From NCBI GenBank assembly GCA_013001595.1, contig JABDMH010000075.1:12193-76192 (forward strand): 64,000 bases of DNA, read 5' to 3'. The translations under genes were made by a program, and so were the position numbers. Shown piece by piece: positions 1 through 9,700 of this stretch (position 1 is its first letter; every line of letters begins with the position of its first letter). The notes beneath the pieces were generated by a model. It made no database searches. It had not been told where the DNA came from and worked only from the letters and a program-made list of their open reading frames with translations. Origin of the DNA: Saprospiraceae bacterium (GTDB taxonomy: Bacteria; Bacteroidota; Bacteroidia; Chitinophagales; Saprospiraceae).

Positions 1-567
1 CAACACATCGAAATCAACATTCTTGGGGAAGTTCTTGGTCCTTTCCATATTCAGCGATGATCTGGTCTCATCTAGGCTGTAATCACCTTGCTTCTTCACT
101 TTAAGCACCTCTAGAACTCCATGAGTATCTTGCATAAGAAAGTCGGTCAGATCAATTAGATATCCACTTTGGGTTTCCTCCAATATTTCGAAACCGTACA
201 AAACAGACTTAGCAAATGCCTCTTCAACCGATTTTCGTTCCAATTCATTTGCGGTTATTGCTCTGTACCTAAGGTTAGGTTGAATAAGCAAAAGTTTATT
301 ACCGGATCTTCTAAAGGACACAATTCTCGTTCCACCAATTTGTCCCCTGTCCAATCCCAAATCATTATTACCCACTCCCTGACTCAAGGAACTCACATAA
401 ATGAAGGAAGAATCAAGGTTGCTTACCTCCATGTACATCTTCCCTTTGTCATCATCATAGTAGGTGGTGAATAGGCCTGAACTATTATGGAGCTCGTCAT
501 TATCCAGCACACTTTGCGACCAAACAACGCCATATAAAAAGATTATAAATAGATGCAGATACTTCAT
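1..567 (-). CDS. Secreted zinc-metalloprotease-like protein (DUF5117/DUF4953-type), N-terminal 189 codons; gene runs off the left edge
   Basis: Absent from the ORF track because there is no stop in the window. Hand translation of the reverse strand from ATG (567-565) stays open to base 1: MKYLHLFIIFLYGVVWSQSVLDNDELHNSSGLFTTYYDDDKGKMYMEV...LGLDRGQIGGTRIVSFRRSGNKLLLIQPNLRYRA... The start looks like a signal peptide. Family name is from memory. The listed + ORF 169-474 is its antisense shadow. Confidence 0.6.
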   Translation of the reverse strand, partial: MKYLHLFIIFLYGVVWSQSVLDNDELHNSSGLFTTYYDDDKGKMYMEVSNLDSSFIYVSSLSQGVGNNDLGLDRGQIGGTRIVSFRRSGNKLLLIQPNLRYRAITANELERKSVEEAFAKSVLYGFEILEETQSGYLIDLTDFLMQDTHGVLEVLKVKKQGDYSLDETRSSLNMERTKNFPKNVDFDVL

Positions 568-827
568 GTGCACAGGTTTTCAGTAAAGGTATTTATTTTA
601 GTACATTGCGTATCGCTCGAGTTCCAATTCTTACTGCGCCGTGTTATGGATTGTCTGTTTTGCAAAAAGCATTTAAGCTCATTTTGAGATTGTCCTTACA
701 CGAAAGCATTCCATGGCCAATTCGTCTACTCTGACCAAAGATATAAGAGGAGAGCGCGGAAGAATCGAAGTAAAAGGTAATACTGGTTTTTCCTTCATTC
801 GAAAGAAAATCAACTCTAAACCTTTCC

Positions 828-1991
828 ATGAAAACGAATCACGACAAAATAGAGAATTCTCTAATTTACATCCCTGACATTAGTGGCTATACGACCTTTC
901 TGAATTCCACAGAAATTTCACACTCCAAGCACATTGTAGAAGAATTGTTGGAAACCATTCTTTCCGCCAATGAAATTGGTCTAGTGCTTTCCGAGATCGA
1001 AGGAGATGCTTTATTGATGTACAGAAGAGGAAAAGCTCCAACTTGTCAAGAGTTACTCTCCCAGATTCAAAAAATGTACATCAATTTTCATGCACATCTT
1101 AAAAAATATGAAACCCAGCGTATTTGTAGTTGTGGGGCATGCATCGCTGCAACTGATTTGGAATTGAAGTTTGTTACACATTATGGAGAATTGGCTGAGA
1201 CGGTAATAAACAATCGACCAGGGTTATTTGGGCCAGCAGTTATTGCAGCCCATCGATTGCTTAAAAACAAAGTTGATTCTGAAAGTTATGGCTTATTTTC
1301 AAGCGAATTAATGTCAGCATGTCCTTCTTGGTTCAAGCTAAATGAATTGGCTTGGGGAGAAACCTCTCATTTGGAAGAAGAATATGACTTTGGAAAGGTT
1401 ATCTATAGCTTTTTAGAATTAGAGAAGCTCAAAGAACGGGTTCCAGAACCTGAACCTGAAGATTTTAGCATCCCCAATGCAACCAAAAAGATTTTTGAGA
1501 CAGAAGGAGTAGTAGAAGCTCCCATTGAAATTACATTCAACGTGTTGTCAGATTACTATTTTCGGTCTGAGTTCGTTGTAGGTCAACTGGCAAATGATAT
1601 GCAAAACCACAAAATCTTTCAACATGGCTCTATTCACCGTTGCCTACTTGGTAAGTCGGTTCCAGACCCTGTTTTCGTCACACATGATTTTAACTTCAAC
1701 AAAAAGAAAATAACCTTTGTCGAATCAGACAAAATCAACAGTATATCTGTTGTTTGGATCCTTCAAGCAATTGATAAAGATTCGACCCACATTACGCATT
1801 CATCCTTTATGAAACCCCATTTCCTTAAAGGCATACTATTCAGTCTCTTTATGAAGAAAAATGTCACAAAAGATTGGGATAATAGTTGGCCCATCCTCAA
1901 AGAATATTGCAAAAAACTGGCTACAGAAAACAAAGTGCATCCCAACAGTATTGTATTGCCTAAAGAGGTGAAACAAATGACGAACGACTAA
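828..1991 (+). CDS. DUF2652-type nucleotidyl-cyclase-like protein with C-terminal SRPBCC-like domain
   Basis: 387-aa ORF with ATG at 828. The N-terminal ~190 aa carry class III cyclase-like metal motifs (IPDISGYTTF, EIEGDALLMY). The C-terminal ~170 aa resemble a START/Bet v1-type ligand-binding fold. Family call from memory. Confidence 0.7.
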   Translation: MKTNHDKIENSLIYIPDISGYTTFLNSTEISHSKHIVEELLETILSANEIGLVLSEIEGDALLMYRRGKAPTCQELLSQIQKMYINFHAHLKKYETQRICSCGACIAATDLELKFVTHYGELAETVINNRPGLFGPAVIAAHRLLKNKVDSESYGLFSSELMSACPSWFKLNELAWGETSHLEEEYDFGKVIYSFLELEKLKERVPEPEPEDFSIPNATKKIFETEGVVEAPIEITFNVLSDYYFRSEFVVGQLANDMQNHKIFQHGSIHRCLLGKSVPDPVFVTHDFNFNKKKITFVESDKINSISVVWILQAIDKDSTHITHSSFMKPHFLKGILFSLFMKKNVTKDWDNSWPILKEYCKKLATENKVHPNSIVLPKEVKQMTND

Positions 1992-2138
1992 ATGTGGCGT
2001 TGATTCAATTACAAGATCATGTTGTACCTTGGAAACGTTTACTAGTTTGAGAACATCGGAGATGGCCGGGTACATTGATATCATCCCTCCGCCATTGACA
2101 AAGAACAGACATGGGATTCATTGCAGCCATTTTACTAG

Positions 2139-2619
2139 CATTATCACCTACTGTATTTTAATGAAGTCAATGGCTTGATTGTTGATGAGATCGAATCAGT
2201 CAACCCAGCCGCCGGATGGACTGAAAAAACAGACCGATCAGGTTTTAGTGGAACCAGCTATCAGGACTATACACAAGACATCCAAATTAGCGGAGACACA
2301 TCTCTAACTTTGCAGCTCGAAAGACTGACAACTAGTACAACATTGCTAGCCCTCAAAGAGACCAAACTGAAGGTGGTTCCTTAATCCGTGCAACGACTTT
2401 TGCAGGATAATGATATCGACAGACCATACAAGTATATTTCATGCATCAGTGTTTGATCTGTATGGCAGAAAGCTAAAAAGTGCTCAATGGTTTAAATGCG
2501 ACAAAGAGGATAATTTCGAACTTGATTTAAGTGATATGAACGCAGGTATCCATTTTTTGCAAGTTACAAGTCGCAATAAAATAGTAGGTATAAGGAAAAT
2601 CTGCATTGGCACCCTTTAA
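2139..2619 (+). pseudogene. Remnant of the C-terminal end of a T9SS-secreted carbohydrate-binding protein
   Basis: Two short ORFs lie in different frames. 2139/2175-2384 reads ...NEVNGLIVDEIESVNPAAGWTEKTDRSGFSGTSYQDY, which is CBM-like. 2410-2619 reads SVFDLYGRKLKSAQ...LDLSDMNAGIHFLQVTSRNKIVGIRKI, which resembles a T9SS C-terminal sorting domain. No catalytic part lies upstream. Confidence 0.45.
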
Positions 2620-3058
2620 TACTAGATTCGACTACCAGTACTATCATGATCTTGATCTAGCTTTAAGTATTTGCAGCAAAGGGATTAACTACGCTATGCT
2701 ATTGCAAAGCTATGTCATAACCTGCTAGTAAGGACGACATTTCAGCATCTCTGACCGAATCGAACCCACGAATAGCCAGTCCTCAATTACTATCACTACC
2801 ATGTGTTGAGATCTTAATGCGAAACATACACAAATCGCTATCTTATCCCTCTGAATGCGTCGATGCGTCCTTCTAGGGAAAGGACGCACGAACAGTTCGG
2901 TCAGCACCACTCCAAATGAACATCGTTTTGACATATAGGGTAAGCATGTCTGTGTCCTTTTCTTTACTTTAGCTTTCATTGCTGGAGGGTATTACAATGA
3001 TAGACACTGACATTCCTGGAATGTTATCTACTACTTCGAAAATAAATTACGTACAAAA

Positions 3059-3625
3059 ATGCAAATGCAATTAATTCTGATATTAATCTTGAGTTTCATT
3101 GGGTCTTTGAGTTATGGGCAAATAGAAAACACAGAAATCAGGAGGATAAAGTCGGAAATTGATTCAACTAAAAGTCCTGAATTAGTATTAAGTCAGATTT
3201 TCACCATTAAGGCACCTGTTGCATTAGTTTGGGAAGCATATACTACTAAATCAGGATGGGAAAATTGGGCAGTACCATTAGCAGAAGTTGAATTGAAAGT
3301 CGGAGGGTATATTAAAACAAATTATAACAAATCTGGAAAAATTGGAGATAGTTCAACGATTGTGACACACATCATAAATTATGTGCCTGAAAAAATTCTA
3401 ACGCTCCAATCTGAGATAACTGAAAACTTCCCAGAATTCATGAAAAAGGAAGCAGAAGACTTTTATAATGTAATATACCTTCATGAGATAGAAGAAAACC
3501 TGACTAGAGTGGAATCATATGGCATTGGATACAAGAAAACACCAAAATATTTGGAGCTCATGAATTACTTCATTCCCGCTAATGAGCGTACATTAATGAA
3601 CTTGATAAAATATTTGGAAAAATAG
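3059..3625 (+). CDS. SRPBCC (AHSA1/START-like) family protein with signal peptide
   Basis: 188-aa ORF with N-terminal hydrophobic leader MQMQLILILILSFIGSLSYGQ. The core APVALVWEAYTTKSGWENWAVPLAEVELKVGGYIKTNY is typical of the Aha1/SRPBCC fold. Confidence 0.7.
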   Translation: MQMQLILILILSFIGSLSYGQIENTEIRRIKSEIDSTKSPELVLSQIFTIKAPVALVWEAYTTKSGWENWAVPLAEVELKVGGYIKTNYNKSGKIGDSSTIVTHIINYVPEKILTLQSEITENFPEFMKKEAEDFYNVIYLHEIEENLTRVESYGIGYKKTPKYLELMNYFIPANERTLMNLIKYLEK

Positions 3626-3669
3626 GTCTCAGAACCTAGGTACCTCAACGGATCATGATCCGCTTTTAG

Positions 3670-6190
3670 CTATCTTGCTCCTAAAGGCCAAATTACTATT
3701 TCAGATAACAGCAAATTTTTCTTTCCTTTCCCCAGATGTATATAAAGCCTTCCCTCTCTACAGTGAATTTTTATTCCTTCCAAATCTTCGGTACTCACTT
3801 CAGTTTCATCCCTCACTTCAATTGCACCTTCCTGGTTACTATATTGATATTTCATTTCCACATGATAACCGTCAGGAATATGTTGCCCATGCATGCTTGT
3901 CAAATCGAGGACAAATTCATCTGCAATCTGCAAGGCTGATTCGTCTCCTAGTTCAACAAATGCTTCACTAGTCAACTCATCCTTCCACAAACACCGCCAC
4001 CACTCCCCTTCCTCATCAATAAAATATGAATAATGACCGGGGGCCTGAGCTAATGGGTCGTGATGAGTCGGAGAAAATTTGAATCTAACTGGTTCCAAGC
4101 CTGCACGTTGACTCAGATTAAGAAAATCCGCTTTCCAACGTAGATTCATGGAGAACACTATGGACTTTTCACCGGGTGAAAACCCGATAAGTTTTGTTGC
4201 ATCCGTGTACTTTTGGATCGATTCGTCTGGATTTAGATTTGTGATGACCCTTTGAGCCTTTTCAAGATGCCCCTCCTTCAATGCTGTAAAGGCCTCCTGA
4301 AACAAGACCTGATTTGCAAAAAAAGAGATGTAAAACTCCTCCATCGACTTCTGGTATTCTAAATAGGAATTTTCCTTTTCTATAGAAATATCCTTCAGAA
4401 TCCTCAGTCTCTCTTCGGCCTTCATTTTCATCTCTTCCCAGCTTTCCATTTTATGCCCCAAGCGTTGTTGGCCTAAATCAATAAAGTGGTCTGAGGTTTC
4501 ACGGCCGAACATGGGTCCTTCATTCAGCCATTTGACATAATAGCTGGCCAGCTTTTCATCATCACCAAAATTGACTTTCACGAAATCCCTAACTGTATGT
4601 TGAATCGCTTCATTTTCTGTGCTTTCCCAAACCTGACGTGCAGAACTGGTAAAGTATAAATCGAGGGGATGTGTGGTCCAGTGAATAATTCCGAAACCCT
4701 TTGCTTTACATTCTTTCAACATATCGGAAAGATTTTCCCATGGTGTGTAGGGGCGACCAATGTACCTGTGGTCATCGTGATGTGCCCAGATCACCGGGTA
4801 CACTTCTCGGTTTTCACCGGCCTTGGCGAGTATATCCTTCGATTCAGGTGCATCAAAAACCACTTGCCAGTCAAGCGGTAATAAGGGAACATCAGCTGGG
4901 TACATAACATCGGCATAAGGCACGTATTCAAAGCGCCATGAACCACTAGAAATGACCAAATTGGGCTTGATTTCGTCTCTTGCCTTTTGTAAAGCAGTTA
5001 TTAACTTTCCATAGGCAAAGGTTCCGGATGCCATTAAATTATCGTCAATTTCTGGGTGATCTTTCAACTTTCGTCGATATTCCCTTTTCCAGCCTGCTGG
5101 AAATTTTTCCACTGGAAAACTCATCCAGATGCTTCCCAAACCGCCTTTTGTTCCCGGCCTACGGTGCCATACCGAAAGCTGGTCGATTTGTGGATACATT
5201 TCTAGCAGTGATTTTAATATCTGTTTGTAATATTTAAATCCTTCTGGATGATCTGGATTCGGAGTGATGTGCCCATCAATTAATTCAAAAACAGCGTCAT
5301 GGGGAAGTTTTTCTATAATGTTTCGAGGATTGGCCATCCAGGTATCAAAATCAAGCGCAAAGGTCACTTTGGTACCTCGGTCTTCCGCATATTGAAAAAC
5401 ATGTTGCATCAAATCAATGGCTTGTTCTTCCTTATCTTCCTCTGAAGCGAAGGAAGCTTTGGCACCAAAAACTGGGGCATCAAATATTTCACCCCCTACC
5501 AATCGTCTCACATCATTTACATGCTGATTTCCCCAATGGCGCCCCTTGTTAGTATTATTCAAATAACCCGTTTGCTTCTTTTCACCTATATACTCGAAGC
5601 TAAACATGGGATTATTTCCATAGGCATGCACCATGATACCATTGTAGCGAAGTTTATTGGCTTGGTCGATCCACTTTTTCCAATCTTCAAAGTTCCAACC
5701 CGTACAACCACTCAAAAAGTTGTGCCAGTTAAATAGGAAACGGTCTCCGGTCAACGGCTTATCTTCGATTTCCCAATCTTCAAAGCCTGACCACTTTTTT
5801 TTGTTCAGAAACTACATCACCGGAGATATAAAATCGGCATCCCAGTTTCTCAAGTAGTGCATAGGTGGCATTTAAAAGCCCTCGCTCATTAGGCGATACA
5901 ATAAACAACTTACCTTCCTCTTCAAAGATTTTAAAACTTCCTTCCTCAGTTGGAATGGCTTTAAGTCCCGCCGCTTTCGCCTGGACACCTGATACAAATT
6001 GAATATGGGCATTGCTATCAGATTTAACCCGTAAGAAATCAACGCCAGTGTACATTTTTCCTAAGTACCTTTCAAGTTCTCCAGCAGCATGCATTCCAAT
6101 TTCAGTGCCCGACAAATTTGAAATCTGAATCTGTGCTTGTATCACGGGAGTGATAGAAAAGGCCAGCAGTATGATAATCGATATTTTCAT
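3670..6190 (-). pseudogene. Glycoside-hydrolase-like protein (signal peptide + GH20b/GH67-N-like domain + TIM-barrel-like domain) split by a frameshift in an A8 run
   Basis: ORF 5780-6190 encodes a signal peptide plus an N-terminal domain ending ...LLEKLGCRFYISGDVVSEQKK. ORF 3670-5754 encodes 694 aa containing NGIMVHAYGNNPMF. These are consecutive parts of one gene. Removing one A from the A8 tract (T8 on + strand, 5795-5802) joins ...SEQKK to WSGFEDWEIEDKPLTGDRFLFNW in frame. The exact GH family is not recognised. Confidence 0.6.
5795..5802. repeat. Homopolymer (T8 on + strand, A8 on coding strand) at the frameshift site of the glycosidase-like gene
   Basis: Read directly: ...gaccactttttttttgttcag... 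Confidence 0.9.
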
Positions 6191-6211
6191 CTTTATTGAT
6201 TCAATCCATTC

Positions 6212-7288
6212 TCAATCTTCACCATCCACGATGGTCATGGCAGCCTTCATAAAGCCCATGGCATAGGCCATACCTGCATACCAAGGAGCACCACAGCTCA
6301 TCTGCGGTGTGTGATCAGGTATCAGCACCCCTTCAAAACTATTCTTTTTAAGAATTTTGAGAATCCGGAACATATCAATATCACCCTCATCTACAAAAAC
6401 TTCCTTGTAGTCAGGTACTTTTCCGACCACATTTCTAAAATGGATGTAGGCGATCCTGTTTTGCTTGCTATAAAAGTCAGTAGCTTCATGCACATCCCCT
6501 TCCGTCATTTCTGCAATTGATCCCAGGCAGAACTCCAATTGATTATTGGGGCTGGGATTCATTTCTAAAAGACGTTGGTACATCTGGGGCTGATAAACCA
6601 GGCGGGGTGTATTTCTCACATAGGGCATCGGGGGATCATCCGGGTGAGCGGCCATTTTCACACCAGCTTGTGCTGCAACTGGAATAATGTTGTCAAGGAA
6701 ATATTGTAACCGATCCCACAATTCGTCATGGCTAATGCGTTTTACAGAACCCGTCGGAGCATTTTGATTGTACACCATGTTCCAAACCATCCCATTGGGT
6801 ACCGGTGTTTCGTCTACACTCCCCTCCATCCCAACTGATTCTGCCCCACCTCTAGCATATGGTCCCACAGATCGGCTCGATACGCCAGCCAATGAAAAAT
6901 TGTAACCAAACACAGGAATGCCAGCCCTACCCACAATCCGAATTTGTTCCCTCACCTGTTCCATTTGTTGTTCCTTTTTGGGACCGTCCAAGAGGATGTC
7001 ATGCCAAATTGAAGGATCAAAATTTTCAATGGCTTCAAGTTCTAGTCCATGACTATTGACTTCGTTTCTAATCTTTAACAACTCTTGCAGACTCCATAAT
7101 TTGCCACTGCCAGCAAGACCCCAACCCTCTCTTCCACCGACAGGCTGATTGTTATCTACATTGGAATTCTTCTCATGGCCAAAGTAATCCACCAGGTGTG
7201 CTACGATATGCGTAGCTCCACATTGTTTGGCAAAACGATAATGCTGCTGGTTGAGCATGTGACGATATAATCCAAATCCCAATTTCAT
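6212..7288 (-). CDS. uxuA: Mannonate dehydratase
   Basis: The segment FLDNIIPVAAQAGVKMAAHPDDPPMP...CLGS...IAYIHFRNV...EGDIDMF...LIPDHTPQM lines up with the conserved UxuA core (E. coli: [20 protein letters not shown]...RPDHG). The ATG at 7288 (MKLGFGLY) is preferred over the TTG at 7297. Confidence 0.85.
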   Translation of the reverse strand: MKLGFGLYRHMLNQQHYRFAKQCGATHIVAHLVDYFGHEKNSNVDNNQPVGGREGWGLAGSGKLWSLQELLKIRNEVNSHGLELEAIENFDPSIWHDILLDGPKKEQQMEQVREQIRIVGRAGIPVFGYNFSLAGVSSRSVGPYARGGAESVGMEGSVDETPVPNGMVWNMVYNQNAPTGSVKRISHDELWDRLQYFLDNIIPVAAQAGVKMAAHPDDPPMPYVRNTPRLVYQPQMYQRLLEMNPSPNNQLEFCLGSIAEMTEGDVHEATDFYSKQNRIAYIHFRNVVGKVPDYKEVFVDEGDIDMFRILKILKKNSFEGVLIPDHTPQMSCGAPWYAGMAYAMGFMKAAMTIVDGED

Positions 7289-7293
7289 GGCTT

Positions 7294-8538
7294 TCAATTA
7301 ATTAAATCAGTTATTAGTCCCTTGATACCGAGGCCTCCCATATACATGGCAAAAATCATGATTAGTGAGAGTATGATAGTATCCACCTGTTTATTGCGAT
7401 ACTTTCCCATTAATACTTCACTGCTTGTAAGATAAAATACGGAAGCGATTACGACCGGCAGGACAATAGCAATGCAAGCTTGGGACAGCAACATGATAAA
7501 CACAGGTCTAAATCCCAGTGTGACGCCAACAACACTTAAGACCGTTAGGACACCGAGAATAATTCTATATTTTCTGGTGTTAGTCCTCCGTTCTTCCTCT
7601 TTATAATCGATGATAAGCCAGGGAATCACGAGTAGATTTGGGAGATGTGATGACAATCCCGCTGCCACAATTCCAATGACAAATACCGTTAAAGCAGCCT
7701 TCCCTGCGATGGGCTCTAAAAGAGGGATCATCTCAACCACACTATTCATTCTAATGTTTTGGACGTATAAGGTTGTTGCTGCTGTGATCATAACCGCAGC
7801 GCTCAAGATAAACATCAAGGAGGCGCTTACCATGGCATCCCTTTTTTGTAGTGCGTTGTCTTTCATTTTCCACGAAGTCTCTCTGACAATCTGTGACCGA
7901 ATGACAAATACAAACACGGATACCGTTGTACCAACCATTCCAGTCACGATGACCAATGGATTGTTATCACTCCCAATCGCTGTTTCTGGGATGGTAGGAA
8001 CAAATCCTGACAATACTAAGTCAATGGGTGGAAAATTTGTGAACATGGTTACCAAAAAAGCTATTCCCATAATGGCTACCAAGATGGCCAGCACTTTTTC
8101 AAAAAGGGTATAATCCCCAATCCACAATAAGGCATAAAGTAATACTGCAACAGTAATGGCCCATGTATTTCTAGTATTGCCACTATTGAGAGCTGTCTTT
8201 GACCATTCTTCCAGGACTTCTGAAAGAATGCCGAGCAGTCCGACTAAAGCCGTAAGTATGATTACAGCCAGAGCTACTATAAGCAATATGGTTAGATGTG
8301 GGTTTATGTGATTCTTAATCCCTTGAATTACGGTCTCTCCAGTGACCATGGTATACCGACTAAACAAAGTAATCAGGTAGTAGGTTATCACACAACTGAT
8401 TAATACGGTCCATAGTAAATCAACCCCAAAATTGGCTCCTGCTTTAGACATGGCCGTAACACTACCCGTGCCAACATTATAGCCAATGAGGAAAATTCCA
8501 GGCAATATGCTTGTAACTATGCTCTTCAGTTTATTCAT
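7294..8538 (-). CDS. Nramp-fold transporter lacking the canonical metal-binding residues
   Basis: Polytopic ORF of ~414 aa. TM1 (LPGIFLIGYNVGTGSVTAMSKAGANFG) and TM6 (GMVGTTVSVFVFVIRS) align by hand with the Nramp motifs Y-x-DPGN...QAGA and GAxVMPHxxYLHS. DPGN is replaced by GTGS and MPH by SVF. ATG at 8538 (MNKLKS) is the preferred start. Confidence 0.6.
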   Translation of the reverse strand: MNKLKSIVTSILPGIFLIGYNVGTGSVTAMSKAGANFGVDLLWTVLISCVITYYLITLFSRYTMVTGETVIQGIKNHINPHLTILLIVALAVIILTALVGLLGILSEVLEEWSKTALNSGNTRNTWAITVAVLLYALLWIGDYTLFEKVLAILVAIMGIAFLVTMFTNFPPIDLVLSGFVPTIPETAIGSDNNPLVIVTGMVGTTVSVFVFVIRSQIVRETSWKMKDNALQKRDAMVSASLMFILSAAVMITAATTLYVQNIRMNSVVEMIPLLEPIAGKAALTVFVIGIVAAGLSSHLPNLLVIPWLIIDYKEEERRTNTRKYRIILGVLTVLSVVGVTLGFRPVFIMLLSQACIAIVLPVVIASVFYLTSSEVLMGKYRNKQVDTIILSLIMIFAMYMGGLGIKGLITDLIN

Positions 8539-8543
8539 GTTCG

Positions 8544-9302
8544 TCAGAATCCAATAGCGTTTCCACCATCGACCGGTAAGCATATGCCAGTAATATATGC
8601 CGATGAATCAGAGGCTAGAAAGGCAGCTGCTTTACCAATATCACTTGGTTTACCAAATCGTCTGGCAGGTGTGCGCTCGAGAATTCTCCTTCTTCTGGCG
8701 GGATCCTTTTCCATAATGTTCAAGAACATTTTCGATTCTATGAAACCTGGAGCAATGGCATTGATTCGAACACCATACTGTGAATATTCAGAAGCTAAGG
8801 TCCTTGTTAATCCCAACAATCCGGTTTTAGAGCTGCTATAAGCCACTACCTCTGTGATACCGTAGAGGGCAGCCATCGAACTGATATTGATTACTGATCC
8901 CTTCCCCCTAGGAATCATATATTTCAACATAGTTCGCGTCAATGCAAAAACACTAGTCAAGTTAGTATCAATGACTGCTTGGAACTCACTATCGGTCGTT
9001 TCCAAAGATGGTTTTTTACAATGCTTTCCGGCATTATTCACCAAAATATCTATCGGTCCTATGCTGTCTTCTATGTTCGCCACTAGCAATTCATGTGTGT
9101 CTTTCATAGTGACATCATTTACAAATAAAAAGCAATTGGGTCCCAAGGTCTCCTTGCTTGCTTGCAAAACATCCTTCGACCTGCCGGTTATAGCTACTTT
9201 GGCGCCCAGCTTTATGAATTGTTCCGCAACACCAAAACCAATTCCGGTTCCACCACCCGTAATTAGTGCCACCTTGTTCGTCAAATTATTGATCTGTTCC
9301 AT
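8544..9302 (-). CDS. SDR family oxidoreductase (KduD / gluconate 5-dehydrogenase-like)
   Basis: Contains the Rossmann motif KVALITGGGTGIGFG, plus NNAG and a YSSSK catalytic Tyr/Lys. Start taken at MEQINNLTNK (9302). The stop lies 6 nt upstream of the transporter start. Confidence 0.85.
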   Translation of the reverse strand: MEQINNLTNKVALITGGGTGIGFGVAEQFIKLGAKVAITGRSKDVLQASKETLGPNCFLFVNDVTMKDTHELLVANIEDSIGPIDILVNNAGKHCKKPSLETTDSEFQAVIDTNLTSVFALTRTMLKYMIPRGKGSVINISSMAALYGITEVVAYSSSKTGLLGLTRTLASEYSQYGVRINAIAPGFIESKMFLNIMEKDPARRRRILERTPARRFGKPSDIGKAAAFLASDSSAYITGICLPVDGGNAIGF

Positions 9303-9700
9303 ATCTGCCCAGTACTTAAATCCATAATGAAATAGTTTTTTGAATTCCAGCTCTGACACCCAATCATATCTCACAGAAATCGAGATTCCACAGTTTTGCC
9401 AAACGAGAAAGTGGAGAATACTAACTTAATATTTCGAATCAACCCAAGCACATACTCCACGATTACATATGCTCAATTGAGAACACCACAAGTTTAAAAA
9501 TGAAATCATTACTCTATTTACATTAAGACGACCAGAAGAATACTGCCGACCGGTGCCAGCCACATCGCTAGTTCGCTCACCATTCCAATCAATAACCATA
9601 GAGCATAGCTAAGCAATCACTAGTGGGGTAGTCATGAAAATACATTAAATTTCAGGTAAATATTCTACTTGAATACAAAATCTAGCTCTAAAAATTAAGA

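Noticed and set aside
169-474. 101-aa + strand ORF
   Set aside because: It lies entirely antisense to the edge-truncated metalloprotease-like gene (1-567, minus), which has a much more protein-like translation.
644-829. 61-aa minus-strand ORF abutting the DUF2652 start
   Set aside because: It is short, unrecognisable, and overlaps the ATG of the neighbouring gene by chance. No support beyond being open.
2750-2790. tRNA-like T-arm string (reverse strand GGGTTCGATTC) suggesting a tRNA gene or att-site fragment
   Set aside because: The flanking bases do not pair into a T-stem, and no acceptor, D or anticodon arms can be drawn by hand. No integrase lies nearby.
7610-8113. 167-aa + strand ORF (and similar ones at 8887-9327, 11218-11772, 32375-32854, 36938-37402, 37604-38014, 42183-42626, 46169-46657, 54243-54599, 56594-56947)
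   Set aside because: Each is a shadow ORF inside, and antisense to or out of frame with, a long gene that has clear family motifs. The translations are low-complexity or unrecognisable.
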